A stretch of DNA of 64,000 bases from a virus (taxonomy: Duplodnaviria; Caudoviricetes), in IMG/VR virus record IMGVR_UViG_2910441116_000002, positions 1 to 64,000 of that record; one strand, written 5' to 3'. The position numbers were made by a program, and so were the translations under genes. The notes under the pieces were generated by a model that was not told the DNA's origin, made no database searches, and saw only the letters and a list, made by a program, of their open reading frames with translations. Below, piece by piece: positions 44,901 to 54,837 of the stretch; position 1 is the first letter of the stretch; each line of letters begins with the position of its first letter.

Positions 44901-45257
44901 ATGCCATTCGAATGGATCTCGAACGATGCGCCCGCTTTCGTCACACTCGACCGCGAGCGGCGCTTTTATTTCAACGCGACCACGCAACGCCAGCTGGGTC
45001 TCCGACCGTACGACGCCGTATACATCGCCTACGACTCCGATCAAAAATTGCTTGCGGTGGCCTCGGCGGAAACGTCGGAGCAATCGGGGTTGAGTCCGTA
45101 TCCGCTCGACAAACGGTGCTACGCCTCCGCCCGGCAATTCGTGAAATATTACGCATTTGCCGCAGGACAGGCGCCACACAAGTTCGAGTATATCGGAAAG
45201 GGCGTAAAGGGCGCTCCGAAGAATGCGTTTATCTTCCGCCTGGTGCAGGGCGCTTAA
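44901..45257 (+). CDS. Counter-oriented hypothetical protein, possibly AbrB-like fold
   Basis: Own promoter, SD AAAGGA, terminator at ~45249-45284; VTLD..FYF..LGL..D.V pattern. Confidence 0.65.
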   Translation: MPFEWISNDAPAFVTLDRERRFYFNATTQRQLGLRPYDAVYIAYDSDQKLLAVASAETSEQSGLSPYPLDKRCYASARQFVKYYAFAAGQAPHKFEYIGKGVKGAPKNAFIFRLVQGA

Positions 45258-45287
45258 CTTTCGTCGGTTAGGCGTCTTTTTTTTGCG

Positions 45288-46061
45288 TTATACTTTCGCT
45301 AATCTTCCGCGGGCGATTTCGTTATAATCCTCGGAACAATCGATATGAATGTACTGGCGGTTATTTAGCGCGGCCATCTTCGCTGTAGTTCCGGATCCGC
45401 CGAACGGATCTAGTACGACGTCACCTTCGTTTGACCACGTAATTATATGATCGTTCGCTAGTTTTTCCGGGAAAATTGCCGGGTGTTTGTACGCCTCTTT
45501 GTCCGTTGTTGACTTATTACATCCGGTAGATATACGCCAGATATTATTCCTCACGCCGAGCGGTTGGAGTAAGTTCTGCTTATTGTGTCGCTTTGTTTGC
45601 CCGTCTGCTGTACGATAATTACCTTTTATATGCTTACGTCCATTCGCGTGCTTATTCGGACGGTCTTTGATAAGATTAATCGTTTTTGGACGGCTTTTAC
45701 TAAATACGAACATATACTCGAATATTTGATTGTACCTTGTTTTATCCGGAAAACTGAGGCTATCCTTCTCATAAATCATCGTATCGTGCAAACGGAAACC
45801 GGCGTCTATGAATTTTAAGGCTTGGCGGAAAGACATTCCACTTTCGGATCCTTTGACTGTCTTATCTCCGACCACCCAAACAACCACTCCACCTTCTTTT
45901 GTAACTCGGTATAGCTCACTGACCAACCCGTCGAAATCTAATGAAAAGCCGTTGTACTTACGTAAGTCTTCGTATGGAGGGCTAGTAACCGTAAGGTCGA
46001 CGTATCCACCCTTCATTGTCCGCAGTACATCAACGTTATTACCCGTTATAATCTCGCTCAT
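45288..46061 (-). CDS. Orphan DNA amino-methyltransferase (N4-C/N6-A, beta class)
   Basis: TSPPY catalytic motif, HPAIFP, VLDPFGGSGTT. Confidence 0.92.
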   Translation of the reverse strand: MSEIITGNNVDVLRTMKGGYVDLTVTSPPYEDLRKYNGFSLDFDGLVSELYRVTKEGGVVVWVVGDKTVKGSESGMSFRQALKFIDAGFRLHDTMIYEKDSLSFPDKTRYNQIFEYMFVFSKSRPKTINLIKDRPNKHANGRKHIKGNYRTADGQTKRHNKQNLLQPLGVRNNIWRISTGCNKSTTDKEAYKHPAIFPEKLANDHIITWSNEGDVVLDPFGGSGTTAKMAALNNRQYIHIDCSEDYNEIARGRLAKV

Positions 46062-46507
46062 TCATCGCCCTCCTTCGGATTTTCCTTCCTCTCTAAATAT
46101 TCCGTAGCAAACTCGATATATTTCGTTGCCTTGGCAAGGTCTTCACTCGGCTCAGCGTGCTTGTACGGCGCGCGGGCCAAATATTTCAGCGCGTTTCCTA
46201 CGCACATTCCAACGAAACCATCGTCGTAACCCTGCGTGATTTCCTCGATAATTTCGATCGTTTCGAATTTTGACCGGGTATAGTGCGAAGGTTGCGAAAC
46301 TACGTCGGGGGTTCCCGGTTGTCCGTATTCGATTATTCCGCAATGCTCCTCGTAGACAAACGCCGCCTCGCCTTCGCGTTTATTCATTTCGTGCTTTACG
46401 AAAAACCCGAACTTGTCTCCGTGGAGCGAACGCTCTTTTCCTCCGATTGTCTCGTAAATTTCGCCTTCTTTATAAAAACCGAAAGATTCCGTAATCCTAA
46501 TCTCCAT
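46058..46507 (-). CDS. DUF3310-like protein
   Basis: VSQPSHY..ETIE..GNALKY..RA..K..EDL.KA..Y. Confidence 0.8.
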   Translation of the reverse strand: MEIRITESFGFYKEGEIYETIGGKERSLHGDKFGFFVKHEMNKREGEAAFVYEEHCGIIEYGQPGTPDVVSQPSHYTRSKFETIEIIEEITQGYDDGFVGMCVGNALKYLARAPYKHAEPSEDLAKATKYIEFATEYLERKENPKEGDE

Positions 46508-46508
46508 C

Positions 46509-47312
46509 CTATACGCACCCACCTTTTCGGAAATATTCGGCCTTCGCCGCGTCGAACTTCCGTTTGCTCTCCGCCTGCTCCTTCGCGACTGCCTCCGCTA
46601 AGGATTCCGGCTGCGTTCGTTCATCGAGCGTAATAATGTCCTTCGAATTATCCTCGGACAAATCCCGCGCATGTTTCGCCTGATACTTCGCTTGTTCGGC
46701 CACTTGCGCGAACGTCTGCAGGTCGCGGCGAATTGCGTCATTTTCGTCGTTATAGTTGTCAATTACGCGTACTTTCTGCTCAAGCTCCGCCACTCGCCGG
46801 ACTAAATTTGCGAAGAGCTGTTCGGGGCTGGCTGGCGCGGAGGATTGCGGCGGGGATTGCGCCGGCTCAATCGGCTCGAGTACGGTATACTCATCCGTCC
46901 GGCAATACGGGTATATTCCTCCAATTCCGTCGACAGGCGTACTACTTACGAAATCTCCGAAGGATTTAACCTCCGTTACTTCGAGAATTCTTCCGCGATG
47001 GTTTGGGTGCGTAATGATAATCCGCTCACCTACGTCCGCCTTCCGGTCGGTTAAAGCGTAGGTTTCTCCGGGGCTTCCGTCCGGTTTAGGGACGCGCACG
47101 TTGCCGGTCGGGGCGAGTTTTCTCATACGTGATTTATCGAAATAAAAAATTCCGTTAAGTTGATATTCAAGTGCGGTAACGTAAGTAACTTTGCTGACGG
47201 GGCCTTCTAGTGGATCGTAAACGTAATCGCCTACGCTCGCTTCTCCGCCAACCTCCGCGTACTCCCGCTCAACCTTCAGCTCATCGTCGTAAATGTAATG
47301 CTTCTTCGTCAT
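46509..47312 (-). CDS. Hypothetical protein (SH3-like repeats plus coiled coil)
   Basis: RKADVGERIII..EY.VL motif shared with 59257-59991. Confidence 0.65.
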   Translation of the reverse strand: MTKKHYIYDDELKVEREYAEVGGEASVGDYVYDPLEGPVSKVTYVTALEYQLNGIFYFDKSRMRKLAPTGNVRVPKPDGSPGETYALTDRKADVGERIIITHPNHRGRILEVTEVKSFGDFVSSTPVDGIGGIYPYCRTDEYTVLEPIEPAQSPPQSSAPASPEQLFANLVRRVAELEQKVRVIDNYNDENDAIRRDLQTFAQVAEQAKYQAKHARDLSEDNSKDIITLDERTQPESLAEAVAKEQAESKRKFDAAKAEYFRKGGCV

Positions 47313-47330
47313 ATTTTCGTCCACCTTTCG

Positions 47331-47828
47331 TTATTTTAGCACCGTAACCTCCACGTCCTGCCTTCCGAAGTCTAGTGCATCCTGTTTATCCGCCATTAAG
47401 ACGTCTATACGTTCGCCCCGAATTGCGCCGCCTGTGTCCGCGGCTATACCTTTAATCACGCGACCGCCTCCCGTTTCAATCCGTAACTCGCTACCTAGCG
47501 GAATCTCAGCCGGATCTACCGCAATTACGCGCCGTCCGTCGTGTTTGACCGTATTGCTTACGTCGATTCCCGTCGCGGTTACGCCTATGCAACCGGAATC
47601 ACAAAAGGCTGTGTACGCCGTGGCTTCGAACGTTTGCGCGGGAGTTACATCGTTGTTACCGCTGTTACCACCAGAACCTGCGCCATTAGCGTCAGGATTA
47701 TCGCTAGTAGTAACGTGAGTATCCGTAGCCTCAACCTCGGCTTGCTCCGCTTGTTCCGCCGGTAATTCCGCCTCATCCGGTTGTCCGACGAGCATGAGCG
47801 CGGTGAGCACGGGGAGAAAGGGCGTCAT
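47331..47828 (-). CDS. Secreted 3D-domain protein (MltA-like lytic transglycosylase domain)
   Basis: ATAYT, TATG, IAVDP..IPLGS, DTGGAIRG.RIDV; signal-like N-terminus. Confidence 0.9.
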   Translation of the reverse strand: MTPFLPVLTALMLVGQPDEAELPAEQAEQAEVEATDTHVTTSDNPDANGAGSGGNSGNNDVTPAQTFEATAYTAFCDSGCIGVTATGIDVSNTVKHDGRRVIAVDPAEIPLGSELRIETGGGRVIKGIAADTGGAIRGERIDVLMADKQDALDFGRQDVEVTVLK

Positions 47829-48658
47829 TGCGTGGCCCCTTCGAAAAACTGCTCCGTCCACGGCTCGACTTCCGTCACGGCTGCTCGAACTGATTCCGCC
47901 AAGTCCGCAATTTCCGACTGTGCTCCGTTGCCTTTACGCCGTTTTGCGTAAAAGGACAGCAACGCGGTAAGGTTAGCCGTCATTACGAGATTACATGCGG
48001 TGGCGTTCGGCAATACGGCGCGGGCATCTTCCGGAGGTACGCCGGCTTCTCGAAGCCAATCGTAGTAGAATTGCGCTTCTTCCATCGCAGATTCAAATAT
48101 ATCTTCCGCGGACGTTTCCGTATCTAACCGCGCCATTGATTCGCTCTTAAAATTCGGCTTATACGTCTTATGCCTCGTTTTCTCCGGTACAACGTAATTC
48201 ATTCCGCCTGATTTATTCTCGCTCCCGAGCTTGACGTACCTTTGCGACTGTACGCTGAAAGAGAAACCGACTCTATGGCGAGTCAGTTGAGCCAACAACG
48301 CCCGACTCACGCCTTCAATAGCGAAGGTGAACGATATATGCTCGAGGGTGCTAGTATGACCGCTCTTTACGATATGGCGGAACAAACGGTCAGCGTCCGA
48401 TCCTTTTCCGCCGTCTGACGCCTGTTTGCCGAAGTATTTTCCGCCTTCTTTCGGAATAACCTCCGTCGGTTTGTTCGGGGAATAACACGTACGGATGGCG
48501 GTAAGTGCGACCGCTTGGCCGTCGGAAGCTCCGAGTATCTGCAAGTCTGTGTCAATTTCATCTAACTTACCGCTCAAATACGAATGGAAATCGTCGCTCA
48601 GTTGCGTATGTGCCATTAATGTTACATTCATCGTAGTTTCCGCCAAGCTATCGCTCAT
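47825..48658 (-). CDS. thyX: FAD-dependent thymidylate synthase
   Basis: GHTSTLEH, RHRVGFSFSVQSQRY, EDARAVLP. Confidence 0.95.
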   Translation of the reverse strand: MSDSLAETTMNVTLMAHTQLSDDFHSYLSGKLDEIDTDLQILGASDGQAVALTAIRTCYSPNKPTEVIPKEGGKYFGKQASDGGKGSDADRLFRHIVKSGHTSTLEHISFTFAIEGVSRALLAQLTRHRVGFSFSVQSQRYVKLGSENKSGGMNYVVPEKTRHKTYKPNFKSESMARLDTETSAEDIFESAMEEAQFYYDWLREAGVPPEDARAVLPNATACNLVMTANLTALLSFYAKRRKGNGAQSEIADLAESVRAAVTEVEPWTEQFFEGATQ

Positions 48659-48660
48659 AG

Positions 48661-49383
48661 TCAATCGTCCTCCCTTTCGAATTTGTCCGCGAGTTCTTCG
48701 TCCGGCCAATTGTCCTCGGATTCCTCCGTATTCCTTACGCCCGAGCTTCCGTAGCCACCTTCGCCTCTATCCGACTCATCCAACGTATCAACTTCGACGA
48801 ACGTTGCGGAAGCAACCGGCGCGAGGATGGCTTGGGCTATGCGTTCTCCTTTGCGGATATGGTACGAACAATCTACCTCGTCATCCTTCGCCATCCTAGA
48901 GCTTATTCCGTCCGTATATAGCACGATATCTTCCGTCGTAGGGAAATCGTGATCCTGCGCCACATTATCCATAATCACGCCGACCTCTCCCTTAAAGCCA
49001 AAATCCACCGTACCTGGCGCGTTTGCTACGCGAAGTTTCGTCCTCGCAGAAATGCCGGAACGCGGCCGGATTTGCCATTCGTAACCCGCCGGAAGCTCGA
49101 CGGATATCCCCGTTTTAATGACGGCGGTATCTCCAGGTTCAATCACCGTATCTTCTACCGCGTACAAGTCCGCGCCGGCGTCGCCTTCGTGGGCGTACGT
49201 TGGGATGATGGCGTCCGGGTGTAACTTGCGTATTTTGACGCGTTGCTTGCTCGGCGGGTTTAATAGCGCGCGTGCCTCCGCCAACCTTAACGAATAGTCA
49301 TCGTCCATTTTCGGAGAGCCTAAGTCCATGTCCGCTAAAAAGCGCGCTAATGCTTCGGCAGATTTCGTTTGTCGTCCGCTCAT
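48661..49383 (-). CDS. dut: Trimeric dUTPase
   Basis: AGADL, RPRSG, GTVD..F.G, RIAQ, RGEGGYGSSG. Confidence 0.93.
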   Translation of the reverse strand: MSGRQTKSAEALARFLADMDLGSPKMDDDYSLRLAEARALLNPPSKQRVKIRKLHPDAIIPTYAHEGDAGADLYAVEDTVIEPGDTAVIKTGISVELPAGYEWQIRPRSGISARTKLRVANAPGTVDFGFKGEVGVIMDNVAQDHDFPTTEDIVLYTDGISSRMAKDDEVDCSYHIRKGERIAQAILAPVASATFVEVDTLDESDRGEGGYGSSGVRNTEESEDNWPDEELADKFEREDD

Positions 49384-49575
49384 TTAATCGTCTCCTTTCC
49401 GTTCGTTCCATTTCATCGCTAATACCCGGGCATTGTCCGTCGTAATATGAAGGAACGTGCTCGGCTGGAATGCGCACTTTCTATTCGCGCATTCAATGAC
49501 CGGCTCATCTAACGTCCACCTCATCGCGGGAGGTTTTCCGCAGAACGGACACGGCTTTAATGCCGGAATAGTCAT
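49384..49575 (-). CDS. Lar-like (restriction alleviation family) Zn protein
   Basis: LKPCPFCG..C...C..WNER. Confidence 0.7.
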   Translation of the reverse strand: MTIPALKPCPFCGKPPAMRWTLDEPVIECANRKCAFQPSTFLHITTDNARVLAMKWNERKGDD

Positions 49576-49747
49576 CGTACGTCCTCCCCGTGTTCCCACA
49601 ACACGCCGTCTGCCGCGAAGTAAAATCCGTTGCGTTCCGCGATTTCCTCGACCTCCGCAAAGTCCGGTTCCTCCGGGGAAGATAGATACCGGAGGAGGTT
49701 GGCGAAGTCTTGGCGGGAAAGGTTGGTCTTTCGTACGTTTGTTTGCG

Positions 49748-49936
49748 TCATATTATCGTCTCCTTTTCGTTAAAATCGTCCTCACATACGCGCTTGATTC
49801 GGTGGCCGTGGATGTCCGGCTCATCTAGCGTAATCTGATACGGGTAAACTTCACTCGGAATATAGTCGGTGATTTCCGCCCAGCCTTCGAATAAGAACGT
49901 TGATACGTAAACTCTTTTCGCCCCTCCGCTCACCAC
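49748..49936 (-). CDS. Hypothetical protein
   Basis: Packed in operon. Confidence 0.5.
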   Translation of the reverse strand: MVSGGAKRVYVSTFLFEGWAEITDYIPSEVYPYQITLDEPDIHGHRIKRVCEDDFNEKETII

Positions 49937-50577
49937 TCGAGCAAGTCCGCCTTCGTCGCTAGTTCACCTCGGAAGTTGTGCGTTAATCCGACGACCTTTG
50001 CGTACGGCTCATTTCGGAAATGTTCGAGGTAAGGAACGAAGCCACTCTTCGCCGGATTCGGAAGGTCGCATTGTTTGTCGTGTCCGATCATAATAACCTT
50101 CGTCGATGAATGTACGCGGGTTAAAACCTTCTTCAAGTCTCCGCGCGTAAAATTCGCAGCTTCGTCGATTACCAACGTCGAGTCCTTGATATTCGACCCG
50201 CGCATGAATACGTGCGACTTCGCCGTAATCCACGTCTGCCGGTTGATGAGCTCCGGATTTTCTTCGCGGTAAATTGAAAATCGCGGATCTTCGCCTATTT
50301 CCGAAAGCGCATCGTACAATGGCGTCAGATACTTCGACTCCTTCTCCTCGAGCGAGCCGGGCGTTGCGCCGAGCTTTTGCTCCTCGACCGGGCTGAACGT
50401 GTATACTAACGGCTTTCCGAGGATTTTCGCCGCGCCGATGGCGAGCGTCGTTTTTCCGCTGCCCGCACCGGCGTTGACGATCGTAAGTTGATTATCGAAA
50501 ATGGAATCGACGTAAATCCGTTGCTCGTCCGTCAGGTTGAGTCCGTAAAACAATTCGGCTGATTCCGGAAGTCCCAT
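49930..50577 (-). CDS. phoH: PhoH-family ATPase
   Basis: AGSGKT, LGATPG..EK, FMRG, IDEA.N, IGH..Q.D. Confidence 0.9.
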   Translation of the reverse strand: MGLPESAELFYGLNLTDEQRIYVDSIFDNQLTIVNAGAGSGKTTLAIGAAKILGKPLVYTFSPVEEQKLGATPGSLEEKESKYLTPLYDALSEIGEDPRFSIYREENPELINRQTWITAKSHVFMRGSNIKDSTLVIDEAANFTRGDLKKVLTRVHSSTKVIMIGHDKQCDLPNPAKSGFVPYLEHFRNEPYAKVVGLTHNFRGELATKADLLEW

Positions 50578-50670
50578 TCTATTCCGCCTCCTTTATATTT
50601 GCGTGCCTTTCGTCTTTCTACGTGTTATAGGCGTAAAACGCGAGAATCGTGCCGGTTATAGTCCGCATTT

Positions 50671-52926
50671 TTACCGAACCGGACATACGCCACCTTCGCA
50701 GCCGTCAGCGCCTTCTAAGTCCGAACCTTCTCCCGTTTCGTACCGCTCGAGGGCAGCCGGATCGAAGTCGGTCATCTTCGCCTTCATTTCGTCGTATTGT
50801 TCCTTCGTTATTTTCTCGTAAGGTGCGAGCTCGTAAGAACCTCCGTCCAATTGGAGGAATGATACACCTACGAAGTCGTCCCAATTATCGTACACAACGT
50901 CCTCAACTACACCCCATTCATCCGGCCGGACGGTAATCGTATTAGACGAGTTGTGCTCCGTATAATTACGTTGGAATGTAAAGTAGGTATCAAGTTGTTC
51001 CGCAGCAGGCACGTCGTCTTTCGTTCTTTCAGCGCCGGATTTAATCGGAAAGTCGATGACGAGCGTACGAGCGTTTGCAAGGCGTTCTTCGTTCGTTTCG
51101 CCTGGCGTACCTACTTCCGCATTTATCGTCCAACCTAAGTCCTTCGCGGCCTCGGTTAACGGATCATTCGCGCTGATTCGGATTCGGCGGATGTAGTACG
51201 GTGAATGCGAGTAATGCAATCCGCTCGATACGCCGCCTGCTACTTGCGAAATAGTACCCTCCGGCTTTACCGTTGTTACGAGTAACGGCGCATTCACGCG
51301 GAGTTCTTTCGCGTAGTCGTCGGCTGCTTTGCGCGCTTCGTATCCGAGCATATCGACGAGCGTTTTTTCGTAATCTATGGCGGTGAGTGAATCCGGAATA
51401 TCGATTAAAGCGAGCGCATCTTTTACGCCAGTTAACGATGTTCCGAGTAGGCGGTCGCGTTGCTGTACTTCGTTCCAATGCGGAATTTCGAGGTCAACGA
51501 GGGTCATCCGTAAACCTGCACGTGCAGAATGGCGTTGAGCTTCCATAAGACCTTCCATATCCAATTGCCCGTCCTTTACGAATTCAACGAGGTTTACCGT
51601 CGTTAAGTTACATACGCCGTAAGAGTCAAGTAATATCTCGAAACATGGGTTTACACCTTCCGCGTTCGGTCGTCGTCTTTTCGCTTCCGCCGCATTTCCT
51701 AGTCCGGGTTCACCTTCCGCCTGCATTAATTCAAATACGAGATTCAACGTCTGCTTGCTCGGCTTATCTTCGAACCATACCGAATTGTTCGACATTCTCC
51801 GGTGGTGCAACGGCCTTGCGTTCGGATCCATCGTAGGCAGCTCGGCCAGTTTATTCGCTAACGCGTTTAACCCCGCCTTTTCTACGAGTCCGACGACCTT
51901 TTCGTGCTGCTCGACGTTCCATATTCCGTTAATTCCGTACTTTGCGAACATAGACTCGTAGTCGTCCGCGTCGAACAGAAATATCTCGGCCGTTCTTCGT
52001 ACACCCCCAACGACCACGTTATTTCCGATTAAGTTTCCGATATCCAGGATATGAACCGGACGTAGTTTAACCTTACCTTCGCCCACCTTTTCCAACGGAT
52101 CGAGCGAAGAATCAATTTCATTCCGGATTACCTTCGCGATTCCTTCGAACATTTCTTTCAACGGCTCATATCCGCTGGCAGTTCCGCCGAACGTATGCAG
52201 CCTCGCACCTTTCGGACGGATGTAGTCGTAGAAAATTCCGATTTCCTCGATTCCTTCGTACTCTGACTCGGTGTGCAAACGGAAGAATGTCCGGAGCGCC
52301 TCGACCCAACCTTCCTTCGAGTCTCCTACGTGAATGACCGCCTTTTTGCCTTCGTTAATTACGAATAGGTTCGTAGTGTCCTCTTTGACTAGCGGGTAGC
52401 GCTGCGTATATTCTTCGTGGATTACGTCGATGTCGTTACGAATAGGCGGAAGTTCTTGCGCGAATTGCTTCGTACATTTAAATCCGACGCCGGTGCCTAC
52501 GAGGAGCAAGTAGAACAAGTCGCCTAAGTCTTCGTAGCTTCGGATGTTCGTATAGCTGCAGTTAAAATTAGAGAGCGGATATTTGTCGGCCACGCTTCCG
52601 TCTGCACCGCCCACCCAAAGTGTACGCCCCGATAGGAACTGGCGGAGGTTGAACATGTTATCGAAAAACTCCTCGGCCTCTTTGCGGAATCCATCGTAAT
52701 CCACCGCATAGCCGATCTTTTCCGTATGCTTTACGCCGAGTTCTACGTTATATTCCGTCGCCCGCTTGACCGTCTCTTTCCACGTTTCTCTCCGACCTTT
52801 CTCCGGAAGGTAACGGGAGTAAGTCCGGTAGTATACGAATTTACCTAGTTCGTTCATATGCTCGGGAAAGTCCGCGTATTGCCCGAGAAATTCCTCCGTT
52901 AGTAGCTTCGATTCCATTTGCGTCAT
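50671..52926 (-). CDS. nrdJ: Class II (adenosylcobalamin-dependent) ribonucleotide reductase
   Basis: RTYSR, FNC, GGVRRTA, NPCFEI, CNL, VKPEGT, C-terminal CEGGVCPVR; no small subunit gene. Confidence 0.93.
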   Translation of the reverse strand: MTQMESKLLTEEFLGQYADFPEHMNELGKFVYYRTYSRYLPEKGRRETWKETVKRATEYNVELGVKHTEKIGYAVDYDGFRKEAEEFFDNMFNLRQFLSGRTLWVGGADGSVADKYPLSNFNCSYTNIRSYEDLGDLFYLLLVGTGVGFKCTKQFAQELPPIRNDIDVIHEEYTQRYPLVKEDTTNLFVINEGKKAVIHVGDSKEGWVEALRTFFRLHTESEYEGIEEIGIFYDYIRPKGARLHTFGGTASGYEPLKEMFEGIAKVIRNEIDSSLDPLEKVGEGKVKLRPVHILDIGNLIGNNVVVGGVRRTAEIFLFDADDYESMFAKYGINGIWNVEQHEKVVGLVEKAGLNALANKLAELPTMDPNARPLHHRRMSNNSVWFEDKPSKQTLNLVFELMQAEGEPGLGNAAEAKRRRPNAEGVNPCFEILLDSYGVCNLTTVNLVEFVKDGQLDMEGLMEAQRHSARAGLRMTLVDLEIPHWNEVQQRDRLLGTSLTGVKDALALIDIPDSLTAIDYEKTLVDMLGYEARKAADDYAKELRVNAPLLVTTVKPEGTISQVAGGVSSGLHYSHSPYYIRRIRISANDPLTEAAKDLGWTINAEVGTPGETNEERLANARTLVIDFPIKSGAERTKDDVPAAEQLDTYFTFQRNYTEHNSSNTITVRPDEWGVVEDVVYDNWDDFVGVSFLQLDGGSYELAPYEKITKEQYDEMKAKMTDFDPAALERYETGEGSDLEGADGCEGGVCPVR

Positions 52927-52945
52927 TTAATCGTCTCCTTTTCGG

Positions 52946-53197
52946 TTATAACTTGAAAAACTTTTCCGGAAATCCTCGTTTTCTTGGACGGATTTTCTCC
53001 GCTAAAATAGCAAACGCATTTAACACCATTATCACGACGTTAACGCCTGGTATTACGGTAAAAAGTATATCTATCGAGGTCGGCGTAATATTTTTAAATA
53101 TGTGCGTGTGCATCCACCGTACCTGCCGCCAATTTATATACGCAGGCAGCACGTAAAACACCGCGATCAAAACGGTAATCGTCAGAAACTCGCTCAT
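52946..53197 (-). CDS. Small membrane protein
   Basis: Two hydrophobic segments; RBS GAGGAGGG. Confidence 0.6.
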   Translation of the reverse strand: MSEFLTITVLIAVFYVLPAYINWRQVRWMHTHIFKNITPTSIDILFTVIPGVNVVIMVLNAFAILAEKIRPRKRGFPEKFFKL

Positions 53198-53412
53198 TCG
53201 TCGCCCTCCTCTCCGCCAAACTTTTCGAGCAACGCCCGCGATTCCGCAACCCCGCGTTCTGTCTCCGCGAGCTCCGCCTTAAGCGCCTGTACGCGTTCCT
53301 TTGCCGCCAAAAGATCGTACTCCAACTCGCCGCGCCTCCGTTCCTGGTGGCGTTCGATTTGCCGGAGTTGGGCGAGGAAGGTTGCGGAAAATTCGTTGTT
53401 TAATCGGGGCAT
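53194..53412 (-). CDS. Small coiled-coil protein
   Basis: RBS GGAGG; packed operon. Confidence 0.6.
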   Translation of the reverse strand: MPRLNNEFSATFLAQLRQIERHQERRRGELEYDLLAAKERVQALKAELAETERGVAESRALLEKFGGEEGDE

Positions 53413-53415
53413 GCG

Positions 53416-53598
53416 TTATTCCTCCTGTCCGATGATATCGTCGACTCTTCTTACTTCCTCGGCAACGTAGAAAATACGATATCCTTCTCCGCGTAATGTT
53501 TCGATCGCCTCATCCGGATTGCCGACAAGAAATGTTTTTCCGTCCGAGAATTCGAAACCTTCCTCTTTACCTGCGATTAAAAATAGTAAGTTTTTCAT
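53416..53598 (-). CDS. Hypothetical protein
   Basis: RBS GGAGG. Confidence 0.55.
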   Translation of the reverse strand: MKNLLFLIAGKEEGFEFSDGKTFLVGNPDEAIETLRGEGYRIFYVAEEVRRVDDIIGQEE

Positions 53599-53702
53599 TT
53601 AACCATCCTCCTTATTCTTCTCGTAAAGACGTACGCTAATTGCGCCGAATACGTACGTTAATACCATCACCGTTAACATCTCCGGAATATAATCGACGAG
53701 TA

Positions 53703-53915
53703 TCATTCGTCCTCCCTTTCCGTTTCGCGTACGACATCTACGCCGTCTACCTTCGTAAACGCCAGCGCCATTAATCCGCAAGCCGCCGCATTCAGCGCAT
53801 AACTCACGAATATGACGAAGCCAGGTTGCGGATAGCCGACGGTTAAGCAGACGATCGCCGTGAGCCAAATGACGGACATGAGTATGAAGGTGTTGCGTAG
53901 TATTCCGGCCATCAA
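53703..53915 (-). CDS. Small membrane protein
   Basis: Two hydrophobic segments; overlaps neighbours. Confidence 0.55.
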   Translation of the reverse strand: MMAGILRNTFILMSVIWLTAIVCLTVGYPQPGFVIFVSYALNAAACGLMALAFTKVDGVDVVRETEREDE

Positions 53916-54127
53916 ATCCGCCCCTTTCGGATGTCTTCGATAATTTCGTTCATCCCCTCGTTAAAATCCGACTTGAAGTCCGCGATGATGTCGGCTTTTT
54001 CGTCCTCGGTTACGTCGATTTGGCGTAAGGTTTCTCGCATTTCTTCGGCGATTTCCTTCGCCCCTTTTGCGCAATTTGCTCGCGTAGCTGACGCCATTGA
54101 TAGTCCGATAATCCGATCGTAGTTCAT
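53912..54127 (-). CDS. Hypothetical protein
   Basis: ATGA overlap, RBS GAGGCGG. Confidence 0.55.
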   Translation of the reverse strand: MNYDRIIGLSMASATRANCAKGAKEIAEEMRETLRQIDVTEDEKADIIADFKSDFNEGMNEIIEDIRKGRI

Positions 54128-54465
54128 TTCTTATCCGCCTCTCTAATGATTTCATCGTAACTCTTTAACGTGTATCCTTTCGGCTTGTGGTAAACCGTTT
54201 CTCCATCCATTTCAATTTTTACGTCGAGGTCTGTACCGAAATCTAAACTCTCCTCATTCTTTTTGGATGTTACTTTTGTAGCTAAATCTAGCATTAGTAA
54301 CAAGAATCGTCCGACTCCATAATGGACTGCAAAATTCACGACTACGATGATTAAAGTAGGAAGTTGGAAGAAAGGGTTTCCGTCTACAAGAAAAGCCACC
54401 AGTTTAATTAACGTCATAACCCCTGCAAGCATTACCGCCAAATTATGGTTGAAATTTTTCGTCAT
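54124..54465 (-). CDS. Membrane protein
   Basis: Two TM segments; RBS GGAGGT; AT-richer patch. Confidence 0.6.
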   Translation of the reverse strand: MTKNFNHNLAVMLAGVMTLIKLVAFLVDGNPFFQLPTLIIVVVNFAVHYGVGRFLLLMLDLATKVTSKKNEESLDFGTDLDVKIEMDGETVYHKPKGYTLKSYDEIIREADKK

Positions 54466-54651
54466 TTAATCGACCTCCTTAGTGAATTCAATAAAAATTA
54501 TCTCGGAAGGCGCTATATTTAATCGACCGTTAATTGTCTCAAGTGAAGAGGATTTAAAACTTTCTGACTGAAAACGTTTATACGTTTTATGGTCAATCTG
54601 CGTTTTATGAACGTATCTTTCCGTACCAATCAGCGCGTAGTATTTATACAC
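54466..54651 (-). CDS. Hypothetical protein
   Basis: GTG start with GGAGG. Confidence 0.5.
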   Translation of the reverse strand: MYKYYALIGTERYVHKTQIDHKTYKRFQSESFKSSSLETINGRLNIAPSEIIFIEFTKEVD

Positions 54652-54837
54652 TTATTCGTCCTCCTTAGCTTTGTACGAAAGTAAGAACATCATCGCCCGC
54701 TTACTGATATATCCGCCATGGATAAGCGCTACGTAATTATCCGCAGTCCTGCGTTTCTTGAACGTTAAATGTGCGATTGTATTAAAGAATCGGTATATGC
54801 GGTATTTCATCCGATCGCCTCCTTCTAATTCTCCGAA

